Of a stretch of DNA of 64,000 bases, positions 1-8,868 are shown one piece after another (positions within the stretch are counted from its first letter, which is position 1; each line of letters starts with the position of its first letter). The translations under genes and the position numbers were made by a program. Under the pieces are notes generated by a model. That model worked only from the letters and a program-made list of their open reading frames with translations, had not been told where the DNA came from and ran no database searches. Origin of the DNA: Candidatus Aminicenantes bacterium (lineage in GTDB: Archaea; Nanobdellota; Nanobdellia; Woesearchaeales; JAFCCF01); assembly GCA_017610325.1 (NCBI GenBank), contig JAFCCF010000002.1, positions 8,999-72,998 on the forward strand. Direction: 5' to 3'.

Positions 1-224
1 ACGAGAAACCAGAAGACACAGAAGACTTTGGAGAAGAGCCAGCTGAAGAAGAGACAAAGGAACAGCCAGAAGAGGCTGAAGAAGAAGCTCCAGCTGAAGG
101 AGAGGCACCTGCAGAGGAAGTAGCAGAAGAGACTGAGGAAGAAGCTCCAGCTGAAGAAAAGACAAAGGAACAGCCAGAAGAGGCTGAAGAAGAAGCTCCA
201 GCTGAAGAAGAGAAGAAAGAGTAA
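1..224 (+). CDS. 3' end of a CDS entering from upstream; acidic Glu/Ala/Pro-rich low-complexity C-terminus
   Basis: Frame open from the window edge to TAA at 222-224. The unit gaagaagctccagctgaag recurs at about 81, 138 and 189 (EEAPAEE-type repeats). A T-rich tract follows. Confidence 0.6.
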   Translation, partial: EKPEDTEDFGEEPAEEETKEQPEEAEEEAPAEGEAPAEEVAEETEEEAPAEEKTKEQPEEAEEEAPAEEEKKE

Positions 225-298
225 AACCAATTAAATAACTTATTCTTTTTTTATTTATTTTTTATTATTGATGGATACTATGGCGCCTATTCAAACCC

Positions 299-478
299 TT
301 ATAAAAGGGGATAGATATATGAGGAGAATGGGACAGCCTGACTGAACATGATTATCGCTCCCAGAAGCAAGAGAAGAATGATAAGGGGAAGCAACCACCA
401 TTTCTTGTTCTGCTTCATGAACTGCCATAAATCAATCAAAAGATAAAATTTCTTCTGGATTAGCGATCTTTGTTTCAT
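299..478 (-). CDS. small membrane protein, DUF5989-like (59 aa, just below the ORF-track cutoff)
   Basis: ATG at 478, TAA at 301-299. Translation is MKQRSLIQKKFYLLIDLWQFMKQNKKWWLLPLIILLLLLGAIIMFSQAVPFSSYIYPLL. The LW.F.K..KKWWL.P + LLLLG + aromatic tail pattern recalls DUF5989 from memory. It lies directly downstream of the SGNH gene. Confidence 0.5.
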   Translation of the reverse strand: MKQRSLIQKKFYLLIDLWQFMKQNKKWWLLPLIILLLLLGAIIMFSQAVPFSSYIYPLL

Positions 479-502
479 TGTACTCCTAGATTATTTATTT
501 TA

Positions 503-1741
503 TTAATCTGGTACTAAGTGATTGTTCTTAAAATAGTCATAAATTGCATCAGCTGCAACCCTGTGTCCCAGCACGTTCGGGTGAATTGAATCAAGTTCAT
601 TAATCTTGAGCACATCGGCATCATATTCTATAAATACTGGAAGCAAATCCAATACAGCGAAACCATTTGCCTCTGCTTCTGCACTTACTTTTTCATGAAG
701 ATGTGTCAGGGGATATACCGGATATTGTTCTGAATCAAAAAAAAGAGGGTATATAACCACCATGACCTTAAAATTATCCTCTTCTGCCATCTTGGAAATT
801 TGTTCAAATGAGAAAACAACACGTTGCCAAGTGCAGTCATCATTGTGCAGGCCTTCATAGAACTCAGGGTCATTCTCAAGATAGTAAATTTGTTCACTCA
901 GTTCCCTGCCACCAGATTTGACTCTGATACTGTATATATTTTTACTGAAAACAACATAATCCAGGAACTTTGATTTTTTAAAAAAATTCTTTAATTTACA
1001 TTTAAATGGGGCAGATATATGTTTCAATACTTCTGTTTCCCTGTTAATCTTTCTATCTCTCGTGAAAAAGTCTATGTTGTTTCCGTAAGCCATTGGATCA
1101 TTGAGGACATAGTCAATAACAACTAGGTCAGGCTTGTACTGCCACCCTAATTTACTAAAAAACTCAACTTCCTGCAAAATAGAGTACCCATTTACTCCCA
1201 TCATGATAAGATTAAATTTTGTCTGCACCCTTTTTGCATTCAGCAAATCACTGAGCAGAGCAACAAATGTTGCATTTGGATTCACCCCATGGCCCACGGT
1301 GACTGAATCGCCAAGGAATATTATATCAAAATCATCTTCCCGGAATCTGTCTCTGGGATAAAATCTGCTGCCTGTGGTGTACGCAAGGATTGGATTATCT
1401 GAAGCAAGAATGGGTGCATATCTTTGTGTACTATACAGCCAATCATCATATTTGCTGTCGATGTTCCTATATACTGCCTCAGCTATGGCAAAGAAAAGAA
1501 GCAGAGTACAAAACAAAAGCATGAATTTCTTCAACAGCTGCAAACCATATAATCTTTTAATAAAAGGCAAGGCGAGAAAAACCAACATCACAATAATTGT
1601 GATAATATTTACAAAAAAGAGAACTTTGGACTTGGAAAATATATTGCTCCTAAAAAGATATACAAGAACAAGTACAAGTATTATTATTATCAGGCGAGTC
1701 TGAGATTTATCCCTCCCTTGTTTTGCTAACATTATTTTCAT
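503..1741 (-). CDS. membrane-anchored SGNH/GDSL-family hydrolase (esterase/acyl-modifying enzyme)
   Basis: N-terminal TM helices. Block I is FLGDSVTVGHG (GDS nucleophile); the C-terminal DSIHPNVLGH gives the DxxH catalytic pair. Confidence 0.75.
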   Translation of the reverse strand: MKIMLAKQGRDKSQTRLIIIILVLVLVYLFRSNIFSKSKVLFFVNIITIIVMLVFLALPFIKRLYGLQLLKKFMLLFCTLLLFFAIAEAVYRNIDSKYDDWLYSTQRYAPILASDNPILAYTTGSRFYPRDRFREDDFDIIFLGDSVTVGHGVNPNATFVALLSDLLNAKRVQTKFNLIMMGVNGYSILQEVEFFSKLGWQYKPDLVVIDYVLNDPMAYGNNIDFFTRDRKINRETEVLKHISAPFKCKLKNFFKKSKFLDYVVFSKNIYSIRVKSGGRELSEQIYYLENDPEFYEGLHNDDCTWQRVVFSFEQISKMAEEDNFKVMVVIYPLFFDSEQYPVYPLTHLHEKVSAEAEANGFAVLDLLPVFIEYDADVLKINELDSIHPNVLGHRVAADAIYDYFKNNHLVPD

Positions 1742-1841
1742 ATATGGTGAAATGTTATAAATCTTTTCCTATTTGCGAATACCATAACAAAGAATGAGAT
1801 TATCAATAACTTTTATAAACTTAATTTAATATCTAATTATT

Positions 1842-2387
1842 ATGAGACTCTTTATTGCTATTGAGGTTCCAGATGAGATAAGGGCTTATGCTGTTTCTTT
1901 GGCAGAGCCTTTGAAAGACAGCCCAGGCAGCATAAACTGGGTCAAGAAAGAGAACATGCACCTAACCCTAAAATTTCTTGGCGAGGTTGATGATGACAGT
2001 ACAGGCAAGATTACAGAAGCCCTGAAAGAAATTAAATTTGAGGATTTTGAGGCAAACACTGCTGAGCTTGGCGCGTTTCCAAGCATGGATTATATACGCG
2101 TGCTCTGGCTAGGCATTGAGCCACATGACAAAATCAACGCTTTACAGCAGCAGTTAGAACAGGTACTGCAGCCACTTGCCTTCAAGAAAGACAATAAGTT
2201 CCACCCTCATCTTACCCTGGCCCGGGTTAAGTTTCTGAAAGAAAAGCAACAGTTTACTGACAAGATTAAGCAGATTCAGGTTGAAAAAAAGCAGTTTAGT
2301 GTAAAAAAAATAAAATTAATAAAAAGTATCCTGACAAAGCAGGGGCCTATATACAGGACTATGTTTGAGTTTAACCTAAGTATTTAA
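1842..2387 (+). CDS. thpR: RNA 2',3'-cyclic phosphodiesterase / 2'-5' RNA ligase (2H phosphoesterase, LigT/ThpR)
   Basis: Two HxTx motifs (HLTLKFLG and HPHLTLARV); size about 180 aa. TATA-like cttttataaac lies about 30 nt upstream of the ATG. Confidence 0.85.
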   Translation: MRLFIAIEVPDEIRAYAVSLAEPLKDSPGSINWVKKENMHLTLKFLGEVDDDSTGKITEALKEIKFEDFEANTAELGAFPSMDYIRVLWLGIEPHDKINALQQQLEQVLQPLAFKKDNKFHPHLTLARVKFLKEKQQFTDKIKQIQVEKKQFSVKKIKLIKSILTKQGPIYRTMFEFNLSI

Positions 2388-2544
2388 ACTTCTTAAAAAC
2401 AGAAACCTTTATAAATCGCATAAAGTCTCCAACCTTTATAGCCTACGTGCAGGGGAAGGTGCTTTGTGCAGACCCTGTTCACGCTGCTGAGGCGATAAAA
2501 ATGCAGCTTAGCATTTTCTATCGTTGTTAATGGAGGTAATCAAT

Positions 2545-3144
2545 ATGACCGAAGAACAATTGCTGGTACCAACTAAGACTTACCTTAAGTCAGGTATACA
2601 TATCGGAACAAAGTTTCAGACAAAATACATGGAACAGTTTATCTACAAGACCAGGCCAGATGGGTTGTCGGTGCTTAACCTACAGAAGATAGATGAGAGG
2701 ATCCAGATTATGATAAACTTTCTTTCGCACTATGCCCCAGATGAAATACTTATCGTGAGCAGAAGAGAAAATGGTTGGAAGCCTGTCAAGCTACTGGCAG
2801 AGCTTACAGGCATAAAAGTGTATGCTGGAAGATACCCGCCAGGAATAATGACCAACCCAAACCTAAAACATTACACTGAGGTTAAGATATTGGTTGTCAC
2901 AGACAGCTGGGTTGACAGGAATGCTGTGAACGAAGCAATGAAGGTTGGAATCCCTGTTATTGCACTGTGCGACACAAACAACCAGGCAAACAATCTTGAC
3001 CTTATTGTACCATGTAATAATAAGGGAAAGAAGAGCCTTGGCCTGTTGTTCTACATACTAACAAAGAACTACCTGAAAAACAGGGGACTTATCGAAAAAG
3101 AGAGTGACTTCAAAAAGACAATTGGGGACTTCACAGAAGAATAA
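2545..3144 (+). CDS. rps2: 30S ribosomal protein uS2
   Basis: LLVPTKTYLKSGIHIGTKFQTKYM...RPDGLSVLNLQKIDERI is typical of archaeal S2. ATG 2545 is preceded by GGAGGT at 2532-2537; the track start at 2524 is a TTG extension. Confidence 0.9.
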   Translation: MTEEQLLVPTKTYLKSGIHIGTKFQTKYMEQFIYKTRPDGLSVLNLQKIDERIQIMINFLSHYAPDEILIVSRRENGWKPVKLLAELTGIKVYAGRYPPGIMTNPNLKHYTEVKILVVTDSWVDRNAVNEAMKVGIPVIALCDTNNQANNLDLIVPCNNKGKKSLGLLFYILTKNYLKNRGLIEKESDFKKTIGDFTEE

Positions 3145-3145
3145 T

Positions 3146-3826
3146 TTATTTTTCTTCTTCTTCTATTCCATTATTTACTATCCTAAATATAAACTCCTTC
3201 CCTTCTGGGATTGAGCGATGTTTTCTTATTATTGCTGCGCGTTTTGTCTTAAATTTCTTTAGCTCAATAAGGCATTTGCTGCTATACTTAATCACATCTC
3301 CACCAACTATCCTTACATCATCATTATTCTCCATCTTGGAATAGACCTGGCTGGTGACCAATATAGGTATATTATGTTTTCTGGTAATTTCTACAAGATT
3401 CGACAACTGCCCGCCAAAAATCCTGCTAACTTCATATATCTCCTTGTTCTTGCCAACCTCCAGCCTGTAGAAGGTTGAGATTGTATCTACAATGATTAAT
3501 CCAATCTTATCATTTACTGACTTCTTGAGCTTTGCAAAGGTATTGCGTTGCTCTAAGAACGAGGTAGGTTTTAGGAAAAGCACGTTCTTAAGTATGTCAT
3601 CATAATCATCGCAGATTTGTTTGAATCTGTCAATAGAATATGAACCCTCAGTATCAATATATATTACTTTTTTCCCGCTCTCAACCACTTTCTTAAGGCA
3701 TAACAAGCAGAAATTAGTCTTTCCGCTGCCAGCTGGACCATATATGGTGCTCACAGTATCATACTCATATCCGCCGTTCAAGAAATCATCAAAAGCATCT
3801 GAACCTGTTGAAATCCTGTTTCCCAT
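3146..3826 (-). CDS. radB: RadB-type RecA-family ATPase (DNA repair and recombination protein RadB)
   Basis: Short (226 aa) RecA core. Walker A GPAGSGKTNF, Walker B LIIVDTIS, N-terminus STGSDAFDDFLNGG. Confidence 0.8.
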   Translation of the reverse strand: MGNRISTGSDAFDDFLNGGYEYDTVSTIYGPAGSGKTNFCLLCLKKVVESGKKVIYIDTEGSYSIDRFKQICDDYDDILKNVLFLKPTSFLEQRNTFAKLKKSVNDKIGLIIVDTISTFYRLEVGKNKEIYEVSRIFGGQLSNLVEITRKHNIPILVTSQVYSKMENNDDVRIVGGDVIKYSSKCLIELKKFKTKRAAIIRKHRSIPEGKEFIFRIVNNGIEEEEK

Positions 3827-3845
3827 ACTAAGAAGAACAATTCAG

Positions 3846-3898
3846 GTATTTAAATACGTTTCTAAATTCTCTATAATTTTCTAAAACTATTTAAAGCA
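3846..3898. promoter_or_regulatory. divergent promoter region (two TATA boxes)
   Basis: Palindromic tatttaaata (3848-3857) lies about 26 nt from the radB ATG at 3826. aaaactatttaaagc (3884-3898) lies about 27 nt upstream of ATG 3918, implying near-leaderless transcripts. Confidence 0.5.
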
Positions 3899-3917
3899 AT
3901 ACAGTTTAGTTAGGTTT

Positions 3918-5426
3918 ATGAGAAAGGACCACATCAGGCTAATCCTAATCTCAATATTCTTAGTTACACTTATAATGCGGTTGTACTTCTCTTTCCAGAC
4001 CACCTATTTTAGTGAGGATCAGAGCTATTTCCTGATTAGGCAGGCAGAATATATAACCGAAAACAGCGTGCCAATGTTCTACGACTCGCTTAGCTATGGG
4101 GGTAGGCTTACAATTAGCACCCCACTTTATTACTATGTATTGGCATTTTTTAACCTATTCTTACCAATAACCCTTGTTGGAAAGCTCATTCCAAACATAT
4201 TTGCAGCATCGCTTGTCTTTATAGTGTACCTTCTGTCAAAACAGATATCAAAGAATGAGGAGGCAGCACTCTTTACAGCATTTATCTCAGGCTTTATACC
4301 CATCTTTCTTAAAATCACAATCAATAACATATCCTTATTTTCCTTAGTGATACCACTTACATTTCTCACCTTGTATTTTTTTATAAAATCAAGGGAAAAC
4401 AAGAATTACATTGTGTTTTATCTACTAAGCTTCTTGGCGCTTTGCCTGACCCATTCATCTACGTTCCTATTTATTGTAGCACTTATGCTTTATCTGTTCC
4501 TCTCATGGCTGGAGAAACAGAAAATAACAAAAGCAGAGGTTGAGATTACAATATTTTCGCTGTTCTTCTTGCTCTGGTCACAATTCCTTATATACAAAAA
4601 TGCATTCCTTGAGGAAGGGCCAGGAATTATATGGCAGAATATACCATCCCCAATCCTGAGCCAGTATTTTGCAAAGTTTAATCTGTTGTCTGCAATTGTA
4701 AGCATTGGCCTTATTCCGTTCCTGTTTGGAATTTACATAATATACAGGTACCTTTTCAAAACAAAGAATAAAGAGGTGCTTTTATTTGCGAGCTTTGCGC
4801 TCTCAGTTTTCCTACTGCTCTGGCTAAGGCTAATAGAGATTAATATTGGCCTTGCCTTCCTTGGCATTGTGCTTGTCATACTCTTTTCCTATTCTTATAA
4901 ATTGTTATTTTCATATACTGAGAAAACACGTTTCTCTAAAAAACTGGTCTTTTTTGTCCTAGTGTTTATCTTTATTATTGCCTCAATCATACCTTCTTTT
5001 GAGGTATCACGTAAGACCATCTCTGAAGCTTATACAGATGATGAGATAAGTGCTTTTGAGTGGCTGAGGAACAATACACCAGTTGATAGCACTGTTGTTG
5101 CAACTGTGCGAGAGGGTGGCCTCATCAACTATGTTGCAGAAAGGAGGAATGTCATAGATTCAAATTTCTTGTTTGCAAAGAATGCAGAAAGACGGTTAGA
5201 GGATGTAAAGCTTATCTACACAACCTTTTTGGAGACAGATGCAATCACGCACCTTAACAAGTACAATATAAGCTACATTGTGCTTTCAGACAGGGCAAGG
5301 GAACTCTACGACATCAGGGCTCTAAGCTACACTAGTGACACCAACTGCTTTGAACTTGTCTATAACAAGAGAACAAGAATATATAAATCAATTTGTAAGA
5401 AAGAGGAAATAAAAATTGAAATTTAA
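3918..5426 (+). CDS. polytopic GT-C-fold glycosyltransferase-like membrane protein (STT3/ArnT/PMT-like) with C-terminal soluble domain
   Basis: About 11 predicted TM helices; first-loop acidic motif FSEDQSYFLIRQAEYI. The roughly 150-aa C-terminal domain is non-membrane. No WWDYG motif seen. Confidence 0.55.
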   Translation: MRKDHIRLILISIFLVTLIMRLYFSFQTTYFSEDQSYFLIRQAEYITENSVPMFYDSLSYGGRLTISTPLYYYVLAFFNLFLPITLVGKLIPNIFAASLVFIVYLLSKQISKNEEAALFTAFISGFIPIFLKITINNISLFSLVIPLTFLTLYFFIKSRENKNYIVFYLLSFLALCLTHSSTFLFIVALMLYLFLSWLEKQKITKAEVEITIFSLFFLLWSQFLIYKNAFLEEGPGIIWQNIPSPILSQYFAKFNLLSAIVSIGLIPFLFGIYIIYRYLFKTKNKEVLLFASFALSVFLLLWLRLIEINIGLAFLGIVLVILFSYSYKLLFSYTEKTRFSKKLVFFVLVFIFIIASIIPSFEVSRKTISEAYTDDEISAFEWLRNNTPVDSTVVATVREGGLINYVAERRNVIDSNFLFAKNAERRLEDVKLIYTTFLETDAITHLNKYNISYIVLSDRARELYDIRALSYTSDTNCFELVYNKRTRIYKSICKKEEIKIEI

Positions 5427-6849
5427 ACTGTTCTTAATTACTGTATTTGTCACAGCTTTTTTACTAGTGTTGCCATATTCATTAAGAACCCTGGACGACA
5501 ATCCCTTATTTCCTGGCGAGGAAACCTATTACCATACCAGAATCGCAAGGCAGATTCTTGGGCACAACATCCAACAACCTGATGCCTTTGCATATGATGG
5601 AAGACCATATAATATAAACCCCTATCATTTCCTACTTGCAGGAGCAGGCGCAATTGTTGGGTTTAACAATGCCTCCACATTCTTACCGATTATTCTAGGT
5701 ATAGTTTCAACAATAATCCTCTTCTTAATACTTCAACAGTTTAAATTACATGTCAAGCTAAAAACCATAACTCTGCTCTTCTGGACGTTGTCTCCCATCT
5801 TTATATATACATTTACACTCTCTAATCCTTATTCTCTCCTTATCCCGCTTAATCTTCTTGGAGTCTATTTATTTATGAGAAAGGAAAAGGTTTCCTTTGT
5901 ACTCTCTGTAATTTGTTTTGCAATGATTCCCTTATTTGGTTTTTACCATGCAATAATCCCTATTATGGTATTGTTCTTCCTGTCCATCAAAAAGAAAAGC
6001 AGGCTCAAAAAATTTTACACCGTGCTTACAATAATCGCATTTATAGCAATTGTTTACAATGGTTACCTGTTGTTATCAGGGAACTATCTGCAAAACATCA
6101 GGCAGATTCAGCCAGATCTCATAAGGAATTCAATATCTGACCTCGGCGGCAAGATGGGGGTTGGAATATTTAATATTGCCCTATTGTTTATTGGTCTGTT
6201 AGTATTATGGGGGCATAGGAAAAAGTTTTACTCTGCTTACTATTCATTTATTATATTGGCGTTGCTCTACACATTTATTGATTTTAGTTTTATCATATAT
6301 CTTAACATAGTGGTCATTCTGATTGGTGCGTTTGGTTTTTATCATCTGCTCAAAAGGAGGTGGCAGCTGAAAATAATCAAGACACTTACACAACTATTGG
6401 TGATATGTGGGTTGCTATTCTCAACAGTTTCTTATATTGACAGAGTTGGTTCAATGGAACCAAACAATGAAATTGTTGACAGCCTTTTATGGCTTAAATC
6501 AAATTCAGATGAGGATGGTGTAATCCTAAGCCACGAGAGCAATGGTTTTTGGATAGAATACATCTCAGAGCGCATCACAATCTCAGATAGCATTACCAAA
6601 CATACGCCAGGAGCAAGAATCATCCAGAACCTGTCAGATGAAGTGTTTTACTCCAGAGATCTTGTAGAGACAACCTCGCTCTTACAAGGTTCAGGAGTTT
6701 CACATATCTGGGTTGATAGTAAAATGGGGTCCGGAGAGGTCTGGACAAAGAATAAGGAGGGTTTGCTTTTCCTCTTTAGAAACAGCGAAACATTTAAAAA
6801 GCCCTATAACTCGACCAATGTGAGGGTTTGGGAGTTTTTGAAAAGATGA
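5416..6849 (+). CDS. polytopic GT-C-fold glycosyltransferase-like membrane protein (second paralogue)
   Basis: TTG start overlaps the upstream stop by 11 nt. First-loop motif PGEETYYHTRIARQIL, multi-TM body, soluble C-terminal domain. Confidence 0.5.
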   Translation: MKFKLFLITVFVTAFLLVLPYSLRTLDDNPLFPGEETYYHTRIARQILGHNIQQPDAFAYDGRPYNINPYHFLLAGAGAIVGFNNASTFLPIILGIVSTIILFLILQQFKLHVKLKTITLLFWTLSPIFIYTFTLSNPYSLLIPLNLLGVYLFMRKEKVSFVLSVICFAMIPLFGFYHAIIPIMVLFFLSIKKKSRLKKFYTVLTIIAFIAIVYNGYLLLSGNYLQNIRQIQPDLIRNSISDLGGKMGVGIFNIALLFIGLLVLWGHRKKFYSAYYSFIILALLYTFIDFSFIIYLNIVVILIGAFGFYHLLKRRWQLKIIKTLTQLLVICGLLFSTVSYIDRVGSMEPNNEIVDSLLWLKSNSDEDGVILSHESNGFWIEYISERITISDSITKHTPGARIIQNLSDEVFYSRDLVETTSLLQGSGVSHIWVDSKMGSGEVWTKNKEGLLFLFRNSETFKKPYNSTNVRVWEFLKR

Positions 6850-6854
6850 TTTAG

Positions 6855-8141
6855 ATGAATACATTTATGGGCTTGTTATTATGGTTGATGTATCTCTTAT
6901 CTTTGTATGTAGGGGTATATTGGTTGATAGCGCTGATAGAGCATAAAAAAGACTTTTCTAAGAAAAAGCCTGAAAAGATCGCATTAAAAAAATACCCCTT
7001 CGTTTCAATCCTTATCCCTGTATTTAATGGGGGGAATTCAGTTGCCGGAACATTAAAGTCCGCAGCTAAGCTTGATTATCCTAAAGATAGATATGAAATA
7101 ATTCTTATTAATGACGGCTCAACTGATAACACTAAACAGGTGATTTTGGGTGAGATAAAAAACCACCAAAAACATAATATTAAACTAATCAATCAGTCAA
7201 ATCAGGGCAAGGCAGAGGCCATGAACAATGCGCTTAAGATTATCAAAGGAGAATTCTTCGCATGCCTTGATGCAGATTCATTTGTTGAAAAGTATGCGCT
7301 TAGGAACATGCTAGGGATCTTCGAACAAAATGATGACAAACTCACAATAGTGACTCCTGTTATGCAGGTGGTATCTCCAAAAAGCGTATTACAGTGGCTA
7401 CAGAAGATTGAGTATGTTGTATCGGTTTTTGTTGTCAGGATTATGAGCCACATTGACACGATTTATGTTGCTCCCGGGCCATTCAGCATTTACAGGGCAA
7501 AGGTTATCAAAAAACTTGGCGGCTTTGACGGCAGCACTGGTACTGAGGATCAGGAGATTGGCTATAGGGTACAGAAACACCATTTAAGGATAAAACAGTG
7601 TTCAGAAGCCATAGTGCAAACTGTTGCACCAAAAACCATAATTGCTCTTTATTGCCAGAGAAGGCGCTGGATGCATGGTTCATTACTAAATATAATTAAA
7701 TATAAAAAGCTTATCTTTAACAGGAACTATGGGGATTTTGGCATGTTCCAGGCGCCCCTGAATATGCTAATTTATTTTTTTAGCATATGTTCAATTACTT
7801 TTTTCGGTTACTTTGTTGTATGGCCTATTATCAAGCTTACTAAAAATCTTTTCCTGATAAGGTTCGACATAATGCCTTACCTAAAGAATTTCCTCGATGG
7901 TATATTTAAAACAAACTTTAAAATAATAAATCTCAGCGTGGGCAGGTTGTTTGTGTTTTTGCTGGTGATATCAATTAGTATTATACTTCTCTATCTTGCA
8001 TACCAGCATTCCCAAGACACACTAACAAAAACAAAAAAGCTTTATATCGTGCCTTATCTCTTCCTGTATTACCTATTCATCAGCTTTGTAGGGTTCAAAG
8101 CGATTTTTGATGTTATGCTTGGCAGGAAAATAAAATGGTGA
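6855..8141 (+). CDS. processive family-2 glycosyltransferase (beta-glycan synthase type) with C-terminal TM bundle
   Basis: Motifs: ILIPVFNG, INDGSTDNT, LDADS (DxD), GTEDQEIG (TED), QRRRW (QxxRW). TM helices flank the catalytic domain. Confidence 0.8.
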   Translation: MNTFMGLLLWLMYLLSLYVGVYWLIALIEHKKDFSKKKPEKIALKKYPFVSILIPVFNGGNSVAGTLKSAAKLDYPKDRYEIILINDGSTDNTKQVILGEIKNHQKHNIKLINQSNQGKAEAMNNALKIIKGEFFACLDADSFVEKYALRNMLGIFEQNDDKLTIVTPVMQVVSPKSVLQWLQKIEYVVSVFVVRIMSHIDTIYVAPGPFSIYRAKVIKKLGGFDGSTGTEDQEIGYRVQKHHLRIKQCSEAIVQTVAPKTIIALYCQRRRWMHGSLLNIIKYKKLIFNRNYGDFGMFQAPLNMLIYFFSICSITFFGYFVVWPIIKLTKNLFLIRFDIMPYLKNFLDGIFKTNFKIINLSVGRLFVFLLVISISIILLYLAYQHSQDTLTKTKKLYIVPYLFLYYLFISFVGFKAIFDVMLGRKIKW

Positions 8142-8836
8142 GTCACAGAAAAATTAGTTGGCACAGATATTTCATTGCAGCAGTTATTGCGCTTCTTATA
8201 TTTTCCCTAGGACTATCTCTTGGAATGATTATTGACAATGAACGTTTCAAGTGGATTATTACTCAGAATGAGAAGCAAGAGATTGATTATCGAAGTTTGC
8301 AGTTTCAGTACTTATACATTAACTCCGTGCTTGGTGATGATAATGAAACCTGCGCTGTTTTGCAAATCCAGCTAGAGGATACCCTCTCAGACCTAGGATA
8401 TAGTCTTGATAAACTACTTAATTTTCAGAAAGAGAGCAACCTTAACAAAGAAGAGTATGACCTTCTTCATAGGAGATATATAATAGACAATCTTGAGTAC
8501 TGGTTGTTTGCAAAGAAGACTAAGGACCTGTGCAACACAGACCTTGTTACTGTGTTGTATTTTTTCTCTGGTACTGAATGTGATATTTGCCCAGACCAAG
8601 GTGTGATTTTAACATATTTCAAAAGAAAATATGAAGAAAAACTCCTTATCTTTCCGATTGATGTTGACCTTGAGGAAGATGAGCCCATTATCAAGATTCT
8701 GAAAAGAAGATACAAGGTATATAATTATCCTACTATCATTGTAGAAGACAGTAAATTCGAGGGTGTTGTGCAAAAGAGTGACCTAGCAGAGATTATCTGC
8801 GACAATTTCAATGACCCAGCAAGCTGTCAAACCTAA
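8135..8836 (+). CDS. membrane-anchored thioredoxin-like protein (CxxC)
   Basis: N-terminal TM helix. FFSGTECDICPDQG carries a CxxC in a Trx-like strand-helix context. It overlaps the GT2 gene by 7 nt. Confidence 0.4.
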   Translation: MVSHRKISWHRYFIAAVIALLIFSLGLSLGMIIDNERFKWIITQNEKQEIDYRSLQFQYLYINSVLGDDNETCAVLQIQLEDTLSDLGYSLDKLLNFQKESNLNKEEYDLLHRRYIIDNLEYWLFAKKTKDLCNTDLVTVLYFFSGTECDICPDQGVILTYFKRKYEEKLLIFPIDVDLEEDEPIIKILKRRYKVYNYPTIIVEDSKFEGVVQKSDLAEIICDNFNDPASCQT

Positions 8837-8868
8837 AATCAAAACATTTTTATTGGATTATTAATAAC

